A stretch of 64,000 nt of DNA from Albugo candida (GCA_040437565.1 JBDOQK010000053.1:186001-250000); one strand, 5' to 3'. Shown: positions 48,066 through 61,038, numbered from the stretch's first letter. Made by a program: numbers and translations. Notes: generated from the sequence alone by a model not told the origin.

Positions 48066-49089
48066 ATGTCCTCAGCCGATCAGAGCATTGGCATGATGGA
48101 TGGGGCATACTTTGTAGGTCGTAAAGAGATATTGGATTGGATCAATCAAACATGCCATACAAATTTGACAAAAGTTGAGCAAACCTGCACAGGAGCCATA
48201 GCGTGCCAGATTTTAGATTCATTGTACCCTGGAAAAGTACCAATGTCAAAAGTCGATTGGAGTGCGAATAAAGATTATGAGTATATACAAAATTATAAAG
48301 TACTTCAAAAATGCTTCACCAATTTGAAGATTGACAAGTATGTCGATGTCGACCGACTAATTCGTGGCAAGTATCAAGATAATCTCGAATTTATGCAGTG
48401 GTTCAAGAAGTTCTACGAGCTGAATGCAACTGGTTTATCATATGACCCCGTCGCTCAGCGAGAAAAAGGGAAAGGCGGAGTCCAATTTTCGAATAAACAT
48501 CGAGGTGGCACTTCTTCAATGGCACCATCTCCGGCAAGTACAACCTCACATGATTTGAGGCGGAGGAATACAGGTACTTGCAATATTGCTCGAAATAATC
48601 TTCCATCTCGTACGCGGACAAATCGACCACCTGGTGCGCCTGCAATGATGGAGTCACAAAACGTAGTTACAATGGCCAACACAGCTTCACTTGCTGAAAA
48701 GGAAAAACAACTGACTGAAATCAAAGCTGCCAATGAACTGCTAACGGATGAAAACGGGGAATTACGAGCGGCGGTAAACGTTTTCATCATGTGACATGAG
48801 CAAAACTTGATCAAATTGATGTGTTTTTGAAACTCAAGGTGACCGGACTGGAGACAGAAAGAGATTTCTATTTCGGAAAGCTTCGTGATATCGAGATTTT
48901 ATTACAGAATATAGAGGACGGCGAGCAAAATGCACTTGTTCAGGATCTTTTCAAACTATTGTAAGCAGTCTCGCTACTTTTAATCTACATACTGACGATC
49001 TGTCTAGATATGCTACAGAAGATGGGGTCACACCAATGGATGAATGCACTGATGTCAATCTTCAACTGTCGTCGCCAGCAGAACAGTAG
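48066..49089 (+). CDS. EB1: Microtubule end-binding protein EB1, 3 exons
   Basis: GAYFVGRKEILDWIN, TGAIACQILD, EYIQNYKVLQ, GKYQDNLEFMQWFK; EBH domain GLETERDFYFGKLRDIEILLQ..LYATEDG. Confidence 0.95.
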
Positions 49090-49333
49090 ATTGAATTAGA
49101 AAAATGGCAAGAATACGATCACGTAGCTGATTGCTGATACACAAATCATGTGTTCTACTTGGAATGTCGTCTGAAATGATATTGACAGCATCGCACTTTC
49201 ATTGCTTCCGACGTGCGTTGCATCAAAACAGTTTTTTACCGGTTTACTGCTACGGCGTATCTAGATCTTATTACTACAAATAAAATAGGTGCTCGATCCA
49301 GTGTTACTCTATTGAAGCGATAAGTCAAATACA

Positions 49334-50680
49334 ATGAGCTCTACTGAAATTGCGTTACGTAAGAACTCAATCGGTCTCAAACAGACTTGCAACTGCATTC
49401 TTACTACAATTACTTGTAGCACCTCCTTCTGGCTTATTGTCTTTCCTTACAGGCGGTATTGGAGGTATATTGATGCCTGATCGATCGGCATTGTGCGAGA
49501 CCTCACGCAACTCTGTAGGCATGTGCCTGGTAGCTACGGGGCATCCAATGGATCTTATAAAGGTGAATATGCAAACAATGGAGAAACCGAAAGCTGGGGA
49601 AGCGCCAATGTATAGCAGTGCTTTGGATTGTGCGAGAAAGATTGTTGCAAAAGATGGCGTACGTTCCTTTACATTGACGCATACGACCAGGCCGACATCC
49701 AATATTTAGATAAAAGGGTTGTATCGCGGAATGTCAGCACCACTTGTGGGGGTTACACCAATATTTGCCGTTTGCTTTTGGGGGAATGATATGGGGAAAG
49801 CCTTGGCGGTCCGCTCTTGTGATATCTTACATAACAGCGTTGAGCGTCTGATGTGAGTGTATTTCTTACAGAGAGCAATATGCAACACTCCATCTGACAA
49901 AAGTTTAACAATGGGTCAAATCATGTTTGCTGGTGGATTCTCAGCGATACCAACCACGGTCAGCAAACGCCTTCGTCACTAGCACTTTATTATTCATCAT
50001 ACTCAAGGCTTGGTGATTATTGACGGGTTCAGGTTGTAATGGCTCCAGGTGAGCGACTAAAATGCTTACTTCAAATACAAGCCCAAGCTGTCGCGAAAGG
50101 AGAGCCCAAGTTGTACGATGGAATGCTTCATTGTGCAAAGCAGTTGTATCGCACTGGTGGGATTTCTAGCATCTTTCGCGGATGGGAAGCCACATTGTTA
50201 CGAGACGTACCGGGGTAATATCTCGTACATGCTTCTCGTACCTATGATTCTCAATGACGGAATCGAATATAGGTCAGTAGGATACTTTGGGGGATTTGAA
50301 GGTATCAAACGCTTAATGACACCAGCTAACCAAGATGCTGCGCAACTGAATGCTTTTCGAACTTTTGTTGCTGGTGGCTTTGCAGGTATATTGTGACATA
50401 TTTATACGTTTGAAGTGCCCATAGGTTTTTGGCACTAGGAATCATAAACTGGGCAATTGCCATTCCAGCTGATGTTATCAAATCACGCATTCAAACAGCC
50501 CCGGAAGGAACTTACCGCGGAATTATTCATTGCTATCAAATTCTGATGAAAGAGGAGGGTGCAGGTGCTTTATTCAAAGGCATCGGGCCGGCAATGGCAA
50601 GAGCATTTCCAGCAAATGCTGCATGCTTTTTAGGAGTCGAATTTTCGCAAAAGCTACTTCGATATCTGGGAATGAAGTGA
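49334..50680 (+). CDS. Mitochondrial carnitine/acylcarnitine carrier (SLC25A20/BOU-like), ~8 exons
   Basis: [84 protein letters not shown]. Confidence 0.9.
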
Positions 50681-50780
50681 AGTGCGAATAGAAGAGATTC
50701 GAAGATGTAGAATGGGAAGCAAACCGATTCAATTGACACAGCTTTGTTGGTTAAGGTTTCCTCTGCTATATCCTTAAATC

Positions 50781-51487
50781 TCACTTCTTTGTTGGTTTCT
50801 CGGCTTCCACAATTACCGCAGGTGTTGCGCGCACAGCCTTTCTCTCACGTGCATTCTTGGCCCGTTCTTTTCTTGCTTCTGATTGCTCACGAAGAGTTTT
50901 CTCACGATGGCGTTCAGCCTTCAGTTTGTGGATGGTTTCCATCAGAACGCGCTTATTTTTGAACTGGTTACCTTTACTGCGCATGTACAGCTCGTGATAT
51001 AGGAATTTGTCGATCTTTTTTGCCTCACGATATTTGCGGAGTAGACGACGCAAGACGCGCATTCGACGCATCCAGATAACCTGTAAACTCACAAAAAGTC
51101 ATGCACTCGCACGTATCATCAAGCTTCCTGTATAGATATTCACACACCTTGAATGGTAGACGGGCATTGGCAGTACCACGGCGCTTTCCGATTCCTGTAT
51201 GACGACCCTTTCTCTTGGCTTCATTCCGCTTTTGAAATCTCGCACGAGAATGAATCACTTGAGGTTTCCTTATCACGAATCCATCTTTCACAAGTTTACG
51301 GATGTTCTCTCGAGAATTGGCCAACGCGATCTCATTCGACTCATTGGGGTCGAGCCAAATTTTTCGCTTGCCGCATTTCAAAACGGAAGCAGCCAAGCTT
51401 TATCACACCAGAAATAGAAAGTAGGAATATAAAGAACTTCCGAGTAGGAAACAATGCTTACCGTTTTTGCAATCTCAAGGAAACCAT
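50781..51487 (-). CDS. RPL19: 60S ribosomal protein eL19, 3 exons
   Basis: [88 protein letters not shown]. Confidence 0.97.
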
Positions 51488-52112
51488 TGCTGTTTTTAGT
51501 GCCCCAACAAGAACTTACGTGGTGTCCACTGAAAATTCGAGGTTTTCTGACATGCTATTGGCTGTTTTACTTTTTTAATAACCAATCGTGCTGTACGCTA
51601 TACGTCGATTTATACCCACTCACAGTAGTCATGAATTCTCTAGTGGCTGTATTATCTTCCAAAATAATTTTATGCTTAAAGTGTGAATATATCTGCGTTG
51701 CGCGCTGAAAATGCATCAAGAAAATTTCAGCAGCGATTTAAATACGATACTACTACATCGCGGTACAGTCTACATGCAAACACGCCTGTCGTGCATTTGA
51801 GTTAAAGTAGATTGCGATGTCAGTCGACGCCTAGCTTGTTCGAGGTCGCATGACTTGCGTTTTTCACACAAGGCGATAAAAACTGCAAATGATAGTCTTC
51901 CGTCATTCATAAGTTGCGGGTACATGTGCGCTGTGCTTCCATTGCATTGCATAGCAAATATTTGAATTTTTTTGAATATTGAAACTCGATGAACGTACCA
52001 AGTTAAACACAAAGACTGACGGAGACAAGTCATCATCATTTTCAAAGCAGTCCAGAAAACTGTATTCATAATCAACACTATGACCTTATGCGGTATATTG
52101 ACTTATCGTTTC

Positions 52113-53624
52113 TTATGTCAGCCCCATGGCGTACTTTATGACTTGATTCTTCAATGGTTCGACCGCATTTAATGAGGTCATTCCAACATTGCGAGCGAGC
52201 GCAACAGCGTCGGGTGAAGGACCAAATAGCCGTTTGAATCCGTCCATAACAAGTGCCATCATTACATTTGCTTTCTTGCGTTTCTTCTCATATTCTTCCA
52301 AAAAGATGGGACTGGAGAGACTTTCGCCGCATAGTACTCCTTCAGCTAACACGTCCACAAGTGCTTGGGCGTCAGCTAGTCCCAAGTTGAGTCCCTGACC
52401 AGCCAACGGGTGTATTGCGTGTGCTGAATCACCCACCAAAGCAACCCCAGGACGGCAATACGTGATCGCGTGACTGAGCTTCAATGGGAATTGGATTCGG
52501 TCGCCTGTGATTTCTGTCACTTTTGGTGGTGCTTGAAACGGATCGGCCATAGCTCCGACGGCCATAATCGTTTGTGTTGTATTCGTCAAACCTTTGACCA
52601 GATCAGAGAAAATAGGAAAGTCGGGATATGTGAACGTTTCAGCAACTCTAGGGGGATCCAAGAGCGCTTCATTCAACCGCTGACAAAATTCTTTGGATGA
52701 CAATTGCGTGAGATCAGCTGCCATTTCTGCTGAGCACGACCAAACAACTGAGCTATAACCATCTCGCATAGGCAAGAGAGCCAGCGGACCGGTGGGAAAA
52801 AAGCGTTGCCATGCGGTGATATTGGGTCCATCCGTTCGTACTGTGGCCACTACTGCGACTTGGTCATAGTCCCATCCCCAAGTTCCCAAATTCGATAAAG
52901 TACGAATAACCGATTTCCCCCCATCTGCCGCAATGACTAATTTGGCGCGGAATTCGTCGCCATTTTCCAGTCCGATATGTGATACATAATTTGCAGCGTC
53001 AGGTGGACAATAATGTTTCACTTTTGCTGGAATATACGTGTTGAAACATCGAAAGTTTTGTTGTAACTCTTCCATTCGTTGCTGTAGTGCACTGAGAAGA
53101 ACTTTATGCTCGACCACGTGTGCCAAATGTTTTTTTCCTGCTTGCTGTGCGTGAAAGCGAATATGGCCATTGCCGACTGAGTCCCAAACTTGCATATCTT
53201 GGAATGAGAAGAAATCGTTAGGTAACAGTTTATCCCAAACACCGCAGGACTTGAGCAAATTTCTTGAGTGGGGGGTGATGGTGTACACGCGCAAGTCAGG
53301 CGCTGAATCATGACGCTCACTCTGATGTGTTGAACCACTATCTTGCATATTAGATCCTCTGTCTGGATCTGCGGTGGGAATTTCGGTAGCAACCAAAGCA
53401 ATTTTTTTCGATTTGAAAACAGGATTCGATAGCAGCTGGCACGCAACAGTTTTGCCAACAACTCCTCCGCCTACAATCGCAATATCGTAATGCGATTGTG
53501 AAGAGGTCGTACATGTTTTGATCAATTGAGAAGAAATAGGGATGCTTCGCACGTAGCGATGTCTGGCAAGACTCGCGATGTTGATTGCATGACGACGAGA
53601 AATCGTAGAAACTTGTCCTATCAT
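52113..53624 (-). CDS. COQ6: Ubiquinone biosynthesis FAD monooxygenase Coq6
   Basis: YDIAIVGGGVVG, MQVWD, LVIAADGGKSVIR, AWQRFFPTGPLALLP, ALVGDSAHAIHPLAGQGLNLGLADA; mitochondrial presequence. Confidence 0.92.
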   Translation of the reverse strand: MIGQVSTISRRHAINIASLARHRYVRSIPISSQLIKTCTTSSQSHYDIAIVGGGVVGKTVACQLLSNPVFKSKKIALVATEIPTADPDRGSNMQDSGSTHQSERHDSAPDLRVYTITPHSRNLLKSCGVWDKLLPNDFFSFQDMQVWDSVGNGHIRFHAQQAGKKHLAHVVEHKVLLSALQQRMEELQQNFRCFNTYIPAKVKHYCPPDAANYVSHIGLENGDEFRAKLVIAADGGKSVIRTLSNLGTWGWDYDQVAVVATVRTDGPNITAWQRFFPTGPLALLPMRDGYSSVVWSCSAEMAADLTQLSSKEFCQRLNEALLDPPRVAETFTYPDFPIFSDLVKGLTNTTQTIMAVGAMADPFQAPPKVTEITGDRIQFPLKLSHAITYCRPGVALVGDSAHAIHPLAGQGLNLGLADAQALVDVLAEGVLCGESLSSPIFLEEYEKKRKKANVMMALVMDGFKRLFGPSPDAVALARNVGMTSLNAVEPLKNQVIKYAMGLT

Positions 53625-55593
53625 TCTTGACGAAATGCCGATGCAGTATACGTCCAATCAAAGCACACCAAACAAGCCATTTCTAATTTCAAATCATGAA
53701 TGTTGACTGGCATCACAATCTTCCGCATACTTTGTCTAAGATTAAACGACTCATCAAAAAAAAGCAGTGAAACAAAATTGCTGTTTGCTCCTTGAGCTCT
53801 ATCAAATATCGACAAGAGATTACATCTGATAGAGAAGTAGTGCTTATACTACGTAATTTAGTTATGCTGCGTTGACCTGGCTATCTATATGATTCTGTCA
53901 GTTCTCAGCCATCAGCTCAAACTGCGATGTCCGTTTTATAACTTTCATCCAACCTTTGGACTAAATATGATCAACCAAGTGATATGCATCGTAAAGCAAC
54001 CACGCACGCGATCATCGTCACTCAATTCGCACCGATCTTAGGTTTCAAAAGCTCGGCATTATGGAAGTTCTTAACCTATGCAAACTACACACGGGTGCGT
54101 GTAAAGTAGCGTCAGACAATTCAATTTTCGAAATGTCTAGGCTGAACAGCAAGCAGGCGAGCCCAGTACGGAAATAGATGCTATATCTTACTGTGGAAAT
54201 CAAGATGACAAAAAGAGCGGGATGAGAATTCTTTGAAAGATATAACTACTGACATCTAATCAGCTTTGCTCAAGATGAATTGAAGATTATTTTCCGATCA
54301 CATCGACACAAAAGGTATTGCTTGATTTAGATGCATTTGGGCAAGAGTCTCGGTTCATTATTTTTTGGCGATAATATAGGATAAAATCGGATGTTTTACG
54401 TAAGTGAATCGCTTGATCCACCTGTTGATGCGATAATTTTTCTGAGTGATACAGAGCAGAAAAAAAGGGCGTAGCCTTGGTCAAATCTTCTGTCCAGATC
54501 GAGAATCTTCCAATAGTTTACGATGACTACCAGCTATATGGTTCATGAATTCATGCACTGAGTTATTCTGTCAGTTGACCTCAGTACAATCGATTCAAAT
54601 CTCAGCAGTATCACGAGACGGTAATCAGCATCACACTCAATGCTTGATGATATAAAAAAATCTACTTCGATTAGTCACTAATAGGATCGTCTCCCCCCTA
54701 CTATTCCTTTTTAGCACCCAGTACTTCTAATGCCTAATGAAGTCGGATCAAGGAATAATGAAGAGGAAGGGTGATTCACGCTGTTGATGCTAATCTTTCA
54801 CTATTTGAGAGCCTCGTTGTCTTCATATTCATTAGCTTCTAATATGCATTGACTTTATGAATAGAAATATTATATCAGTTCAATCTGTTCATCTAATAGT
54901 GCTTGCTATTCATTATATATGGCGATAGAGTGGGTTTCTTAGCTACGCGGCATCCATTATATTTTTACTGCGAATAGTCTCGATGCATTCTTTATCTATC
55001 ATTTGTACTGATGAATATCTGTTTGCACTATACGATACACATCGCATTCATATGGAAAAAGCTGCAGCCGTCGTGGGATGCTTATGCTCCACCGCGTTGT
55101 TTTGACAATCAATCGTCATAAAAAAGCGTAGTAAGTCCTCAAGCCCCATGAACACTCTTGTATAAAATAAAGAATCAACTCAGAAGCACTTGCGAGTTTA
55201 CGTTATATTCACACGCTACATTGAAGGCAAAAGTGGACCTACACAAGAGCCACAATGCCACAACCAACGTTGTGAATTGAGGTTTTGGAAATGTGCGCAT
55301 GTATACTAAATAATCTTACTGCTAATTTCACACTAATCAGAGAAACCTCAAGCGAAGCTTGTTTTTTACACGAAATTTCACGAGCTTATCGATAAAGATC
55401 AAATGTATCGCGACCTTTTCTTCAGCTGTATTATATTAGAATGCTGCATTCGACTGAATATATTACGCCGCGCTTCACACTCCACAGTAAATACTGAACC
55501 GATGTGCTGGAAGCGCAGTAGGATGTTTATGTCTAATACACCGTGCTCTGATTGTCGATTGATATGTGCAGCCGACGACTTCGAACGACACTC

Positions 55594-56020
55594 TTAATTA
55601 TCTTTACCTAGGTACTTATGTTGTATTTGTAATTTACTGAATCGACTCAACTTCGTTTTCTTGCGATCGGAAGAGCGGTGAAACTGAGTGTCCCCCGCAA
55701 CGGTTTTTGGATCAACATGAACAAGTCTAGGATAAGGTATTTGATGGTGTAATGCAATATCAACCTGATCATGACCTTTTTGTATTGCGTCACAAATTTT
55801 ATCATCGTGCATCAAATGACGGTTAGCTTCAAACTTTTTTCTTAACTCAATTTGAATCCACTGTTGCTCATGAATGCCACCTTTCCCTACATGTTTGCAG
55901 ATGATACGAATCAAATTGATGCAAGGCCATTGTTTATCGGAAATGTGATGTTGACTCACATGTTTTTGCAACGCGCAAGACACGTCGGAATAACGCAATT
56001 GCTTTTAAGCGAGTTGACAT
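55594..56020 (-). CDS. LYR-motif protein, LYRM1-like, 2 exons
   Basis: Spliced MSTRLKAIALFRRVLRVAKTWKG..EQQWI..ELRKKFEANR..IALHHQIPYPR, resembling LYRM1 (LYR..F..HYKIPYPR). Confidence 0.8.
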
Positions 56021-56074
56021 CGTTAGGTATGTTTTTAAGTTCGTTATGTTCTTTACTGATGCACAATGGAATTG

Positions 56075-56187
56075 CTATTTCCACCCACCACGTGACTTTC
56101 TGACCAATCAGATAACGGCGCTATTTCCAATCAACTTTTACTATTCACACCCACCACGTGGCTTTCTGCCCAATCCGATTCCGGCGG
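56075..56187. promoter_or_regulatory. Tandemly duplicated ~47-bp element containing CACGTG and CCAAT, upstream of the LYRM gene
   Basis: ctatttccacccaccacgtgactttctgaccaatcagataacggcg versus ctattcacacccaccacgtggctttctgcccaatccgattccggcg. Confidence 0.5.
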
Positions 56188-57988
56188 TATTTCCACCGCA
56201 CTATTCCAAGATATGGGTACAGTTTCACGGTCCTGTATGCCGATTGAAAATATCAGAACTCATAGTTGCACACCTTTCTATGATCCCCATTCTAGATCAA
56301 CCAACTTTCTCATGCATTTCGTTGTACCGCGTCGTTCAGTTGACCCACACGAGCTATGATAAATATACTATTCTGGCCTTGCTCCAAATGACCACTTTCG
56401 TGATTTTTAACCTACATGGTTTGCTGCTATTGACAACAGCGAATAATGGCTATGGATTATCGCATATAATTCAAGTAACCAAAGCAGCGAAGACGCACAC
56501 GTACAATGTCTTCTAGCATCATATCCTGTGAGCTATGCTTGCAATCAGTCTCTCTAGAACGTGGATATTTTCCATGTACGATGAAAACTCGTCTTCGCCG
56601 CACACAATCGTAAGGTACTGATACCAGAATCGTCTCCTTGACACGAATTTGATTTCTTGTCACTTTCCGTAAGACCATATTAATACGACCCTACGTATTC
56701 TAGATTAATTTGAAGACATTTGATCCCATTTTACGGCACTCCAACATACACTGCTGCTTTCTCCAACTTTTACTTGGAAAGCCTTGATTTTGATTGTGTT
56801 CTTTCTCCTTTTTTTGACGTCCTCTAGCAAGGACAGCAAAATGCTACACACTTGAAGCTTTTCCGTCCTTAAGAATACTGGCAAGACTTGGCTTGCAAGT
56901 TGAAGGTTCCGCAATGCGTTGGAACAAAGCAAAGTGACCAAGCGCTTAAAGTGCTCGTCCTGACACATGATCTTTGCTTGGGTATTGCTAAATCGCGCAA
57001 TTTAAAAACTTTGGCGATTCAGATCTTGGCGTTCACTCAGAGTGAAAATGTTGAAATCGATGGTGCTGAAAATCGTTCCATCCATTGAATACGTTGTCAC
57101 GTCGGTCCGCAAACGATAAACTAACGAACAAGATGTCTTTTTCCTTCACTGAATGGACTAAAGTATTCTACGCAAGACTTGCTAGGTCGTGGAAAGAATC
57201 GTATGTCAAATAGAGCGTCTTCGAATAATAAAACACAGAATAAATCGTGCGTCTAGGACTTGAAACTCGATGATCCAATATGACTGTTCGTTCCTGAGCA
57301 TAATTATTAATGAAATGCATTGCTATCACAGGATTTGACTGCGAGACACACACATTGTGTGCTACCTCAACTCATTTGAGATTCTATACTGCAATTTAGT
57401 GGGTAGGTGAATTATCTTATATGTCCTGCGCGTTCAAATTGACAGCATCAACAATTTGGGAAGAAGCGAGTCCCTGGAAGACGTGGACTGTATCTCGTCA
57501 TAGGGGATGCAAAGTTTACGGATGAGTCAAGTGACTTTTATCTATCTGCACTCCTTTCGATCGTCATACGCAACATAGTTTCCAAGTTACCGATTTCTGC
57601 TCGGGTTCGAACTAATGCCACAGAATGACAAGTTGCATGAGAATGCATTCTGTAATGGATGATTTATATTGTTATCTTAAACTAGGATCCAGTAAAGCTT
57701 CAGAAGATTGGTAGAAGAGTTGTATCCGATAGTTCTCACGATACCATAAGCTTTCTAACCATTAAATCGTTCCTATGACGCGAAGAGAGCTGTTCTTTTT
57801 CCGCCTTTGGTGCGTTCGACGTAGGCATCGTTTCTCATTCGTTGCATTCTATGCCAATTATACATTTTATGGAAATAAAATGCAGAACAGACTGATGAAT
57901 AGGTTCAGTTTGTAGTACTTTAGCAGCAATCACAGGTTTAGAATGTGAATACAAATCTCTACAAAATACGCATTTCCGATTGTGCGCC

Positions 57989-59803
57989 ATGGGATACTTT
58001 CGCACAATGACTGTGCTCGCTACTTTGGTGTCGTGTCACTCATTACCGTCACAACTTCATGTACTGACCAAAACGTATCATTTTGAGATACAACAGCAGG
58101 ATTCAGCAATGCTAAGGGATGCATTTCACGATTGTCAGCTTTGCTTGCTGTCAAAAGCTGGTGTCGTAAAGTTACGCATCACGGAACCGCGATCGGATCA
58201 ATTCGTAGTTTATATCACTGCTTCGCAAATGGCTTTTATACGTGTGCATAGTATCTGCCATTATGAAAACGTTTGTGACAAACTGCAACTATCCGAGAGT
58301 TCTCATTTCGCGAGTGAGATCACGAAATCTATTCCTAACACGATTGAAATTGAAGGGAACGAAAAAGCAATCGTTTGTCTCACTCAGCTCCACGAAGTTG
58401 TCAGCGAAAGATGCAGGATGTGTCTTAGACAGGCGAGTGATTCGAAAAGTATGGGTGAATTCTTAATCTCATCGTCGAACGATTTTCATTTTGTGTATGT
58501 CCTACGCTCATATCGTCGCAAAGATTCCATAGCCGAAGCTTGCACAGTTTCCAAAAATTGCGAGAATGTACTGACAAATGTGTATAGTGATCATCTATGC
58601 AATGCGGTTCACAACATGGGAGTCCTGAATCATTATGAGAACCAGGGCATCACGGTTACCAATGTCGATGTGAACGCACATAATCAAAATGAACCAAGCG
58701 TTCACTGCGTAGTGGCTACATCATTTTCAAATAAAAGGATGGATTATCACGAATCAATAAAAGATTGTATGACGTGTTTAGCAGAGAAAACACACGCATT
58801 TGTGCACTGGATGAGGATTACCGCCGCGCGTCGGCGCAAAACGTATCTCATGTTTGCTTCAAAAAACCACATCAATGACCAGCGCCCGTATAATTGTGCT
58901 ACTTGTACAATTGAAAATGTGGCAACCGAAAAATGTTACACAGGATACGACATACAATTTGACACGACACCAATTGTCGACCAAATCTCTGTTTATATGG
59001 ATCCGATTACCACAAGTAACAGCCCGCTAAAGCATTTCAGCACATGTATCATCATTGAATATGAACCTGAATTTGAGGGCAGCTGTACGAGTTGTCTTTG
59101 GAGCTTTTTATCGCCTAAAGGTCCGATTCGAATGTCGAATATAGAATCCAACGCTTTCGTCAATCTTGATATTGATCCGATGCATCTAGCAAGTTGTATT
59201 ACAGCTCGTGATAATCGTGCCTGCACGAGAATTTCCTATGTCGACTATTGGATCTGCCTAGGGCATGAACAGCAAACACAAGGATACCATCAGATGCGAG
59301 CTGTATCAGTGACTTTCAGAAAAGACTATAGAAGCTCTTCTCTTATCAGTAAACAACATGAGATGGGCGGCAGAAACATGCGGACGGAAACGCGTTTACT
59401 ATCAGCTACAGTCGGTGGTCGAATGGACTCTTTGCAAACGGTGTTGAAGGAGTTGGATCGAGAATTGATGGATCGTAGCCAATCGCATCACAGGAGATCA
59501 TCGGAAGCAGCAACAGGCTCTTCCAGCAACTTGAACGATGTTGAACCGCCTCATACTATCATGGTGCTGAAGTATTCTGATAACAAATGCTTGATGTGCC
59601 TTGCTCTCAAAATGAATGTTCTCGCAATATCCACTGTCAAACAGCTCATCTGGGTAAAGGCAGAAGTGGAAGATACAATGAGGTGTGATTGTGCCTGGAT
59701 CCGTTCTGGAACATTCATTTTTGTAAATTTGGGTTCAATGCGGCCTATACCCGTAAATCACCTACAGCGGTACTTCTTCACGACAATTCTTAATTCAATA
59801 TAA
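57989..59803 (+). CDS. Albugo CCG-type (CxxCxxxxxG) secreted effector candidate
   Basis: Signal peptide MGYFRTMTVLATLVSCHS; CQLCLLSKAG at residue ~49 (58133-58162); intronless ~604 aa with repeated CxxCL modules; isolated by long intergenic regions. Confidence 0.85.
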   Translation: MGYFRTMTVLATLVSCHSLPSQLHVLTKTYHFEIQQQDSAMLRDAFHDCQLCLLSKAGVVKLRITEPRSDQFVVYITASQMAFIRVHSICHYENVCDKLQLSESSHFASEITKSIPNTIEIEGNEKAIVCLTQLHEVVSERCRMCLRQASDSKSMGEFLISSSNDFHFVYVLRSYRRKDSIAEACTVSKNCENVLTNVYSDHLCNAVHNMGVLNHYENQGITVTNVDVNAHNQNEPSVHCVVATSFSNKRMDYHESIKDCMTCLAEKTHAFVHWMRITAARRRKTYLMFASKNHINDQRPYNCATCTIENVATEKCYTGYDIQFDTTPIVDQISVYMDPITTSNSPLKHFSTCIIIEYEPEFEGSCTSCLWSFLSPKGPIRMSNIESNAFVNLDIDPMHLASCITARDNRACTRISYVDYWICLGHEQQTQGYHQMRAVSVTFRKDYRSSSLISKQHEMGGRNMRTETRLLSATVGGRMDSLQTVLKELDRELMDRSQSHHRRSSEAATGSSSNLNDVEPPHTIMVLKYSDNKCLMCLALKMNVLAISTVKQLIWVKAEVEDTMRCDCAWIRSGTFIFVNLGSMRPIPVNHLQRYFFTTILNSI

Positions 59804-60534
59804 AACGATATCTGAGCGCTTCAACTCGTATATTTTGACACGTGAATGTCAAGATAACAAATTGGGATCTCGTATACATTCAAATGTGTACTCCCGCACG
59901 ACGTACGACACAGATGAAAGCGTACCGCTTCGATCGCTATCCCCTTCATCCGTCCCCTTGTTTGATTAGACGTCTCCCTTACAATTAACTTATCGTCGCT
60001 CGACCTGCTAACCGAAAGAAATGATGGAACGACGCTGGGGCTTTTGCGAGAAAGGTGTTGAACATCGCGTGTAACCTACTGAAAGTAATTGGACACTGTT
60101 GTCCTTCTACAAACAAACTAATCCAAATTAAAAGAAAAACAATGGAATCACGCGAGACGCATCGGATTAATGCTAGAATGGGCTCATCTGTGTGGATATA
60201 TAAAGTCGAGCTAAAGTCAACTTAAAAGATTGCGTAACGAGCGCACGGCCAATGTTTATCACCATCAAAGTATTTGAATAAACGAATTAAACGGAAGTAG
60301 TCGCCTTGAGACAACGCAAGTGGAATCTAGTAGGGATGTCACCATAGAGACGCAGTGTGGTGTTGAATGTGCAAAAGTCGTGCGAGAAGGAACGAAAGAG
60401 ATATAAAAACGTTCATGCTGCTGATAGTCCCCAGGATCTGCTTCTGTCTAACGGCACCTTCTTCGCAAAATTCAAGATATGTTTTGGAGGCAGCATTGGA
60501 TGGATTTGGTGTATTTCGGATCGTTACTACGTTA

Positions 60535-61038
60535 TTAATCTTGCGATTTGACGGGGGGTTCCCACAGCTTGTGTTCTGCACTCAGTAAAATATAAAATTG
60601 AGTAATAATTGCCAGATAATCTTACCCAAATACACAGGTATCACGCTTAATTCATCTTCCGCTTGCTCAATGAGCTCTTCCAACTGCCCGCAGTTGATTT
60701 CCTTCTCTATCACATCTTCCTGCCGCTCAAGTGAGTCCCAGATGTTGGAGTATTAAGGACTATTTACGCACATTTTCGTTGTCTTCAACAATTTTGAGTC
60801 GAAACTTTGTGATTCGCTCGACTGCATCTCTGTAAGCAGCATCCTCAGGGAGCACCTGAATCTGTAAGCTGGGTGCGCAAAGACAGCGGGGAATCGACGG
60901 AGTTTATACCTTTACTTCTTCAAGTGTTCTCTGATATAGATGCACCAAGTCTTGCCGTGCGTTTGGATTAACTGCAAGCCCAACTAGTCCAGTAGAAGTC
61001 TTCCGCACCGCTGCATTTAGTGCTCGGGTCACCCACAT
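60535..61038 (-). CDS. NDUFA5: NADH:ubiquinone oxidoreductase subunit NDUFA5 (B13), 4 exons; not resolved by the ORF track
   Basis: Spliced MWVTRALNAAVRKTSTGLVGLAVNPNARQDLVHLYQRTLEEVK | VLPEDAAYRDAVERITKFRL | INCGQLEELIEQAEDEL | EHKLWEP. Confidence 0.9.

Noticed and set aside
56046-56516. 156-aa ORF with repeated HPPR(D/G)FL
   Set aside because: No ATG start; the repeat is explained by the duplicated promoter-like DNA element.
60339-60588. Short ORFs on both strands
   Set aside because: They overlap the NDUFA5 last exon and 3' region and have no protein-like features.
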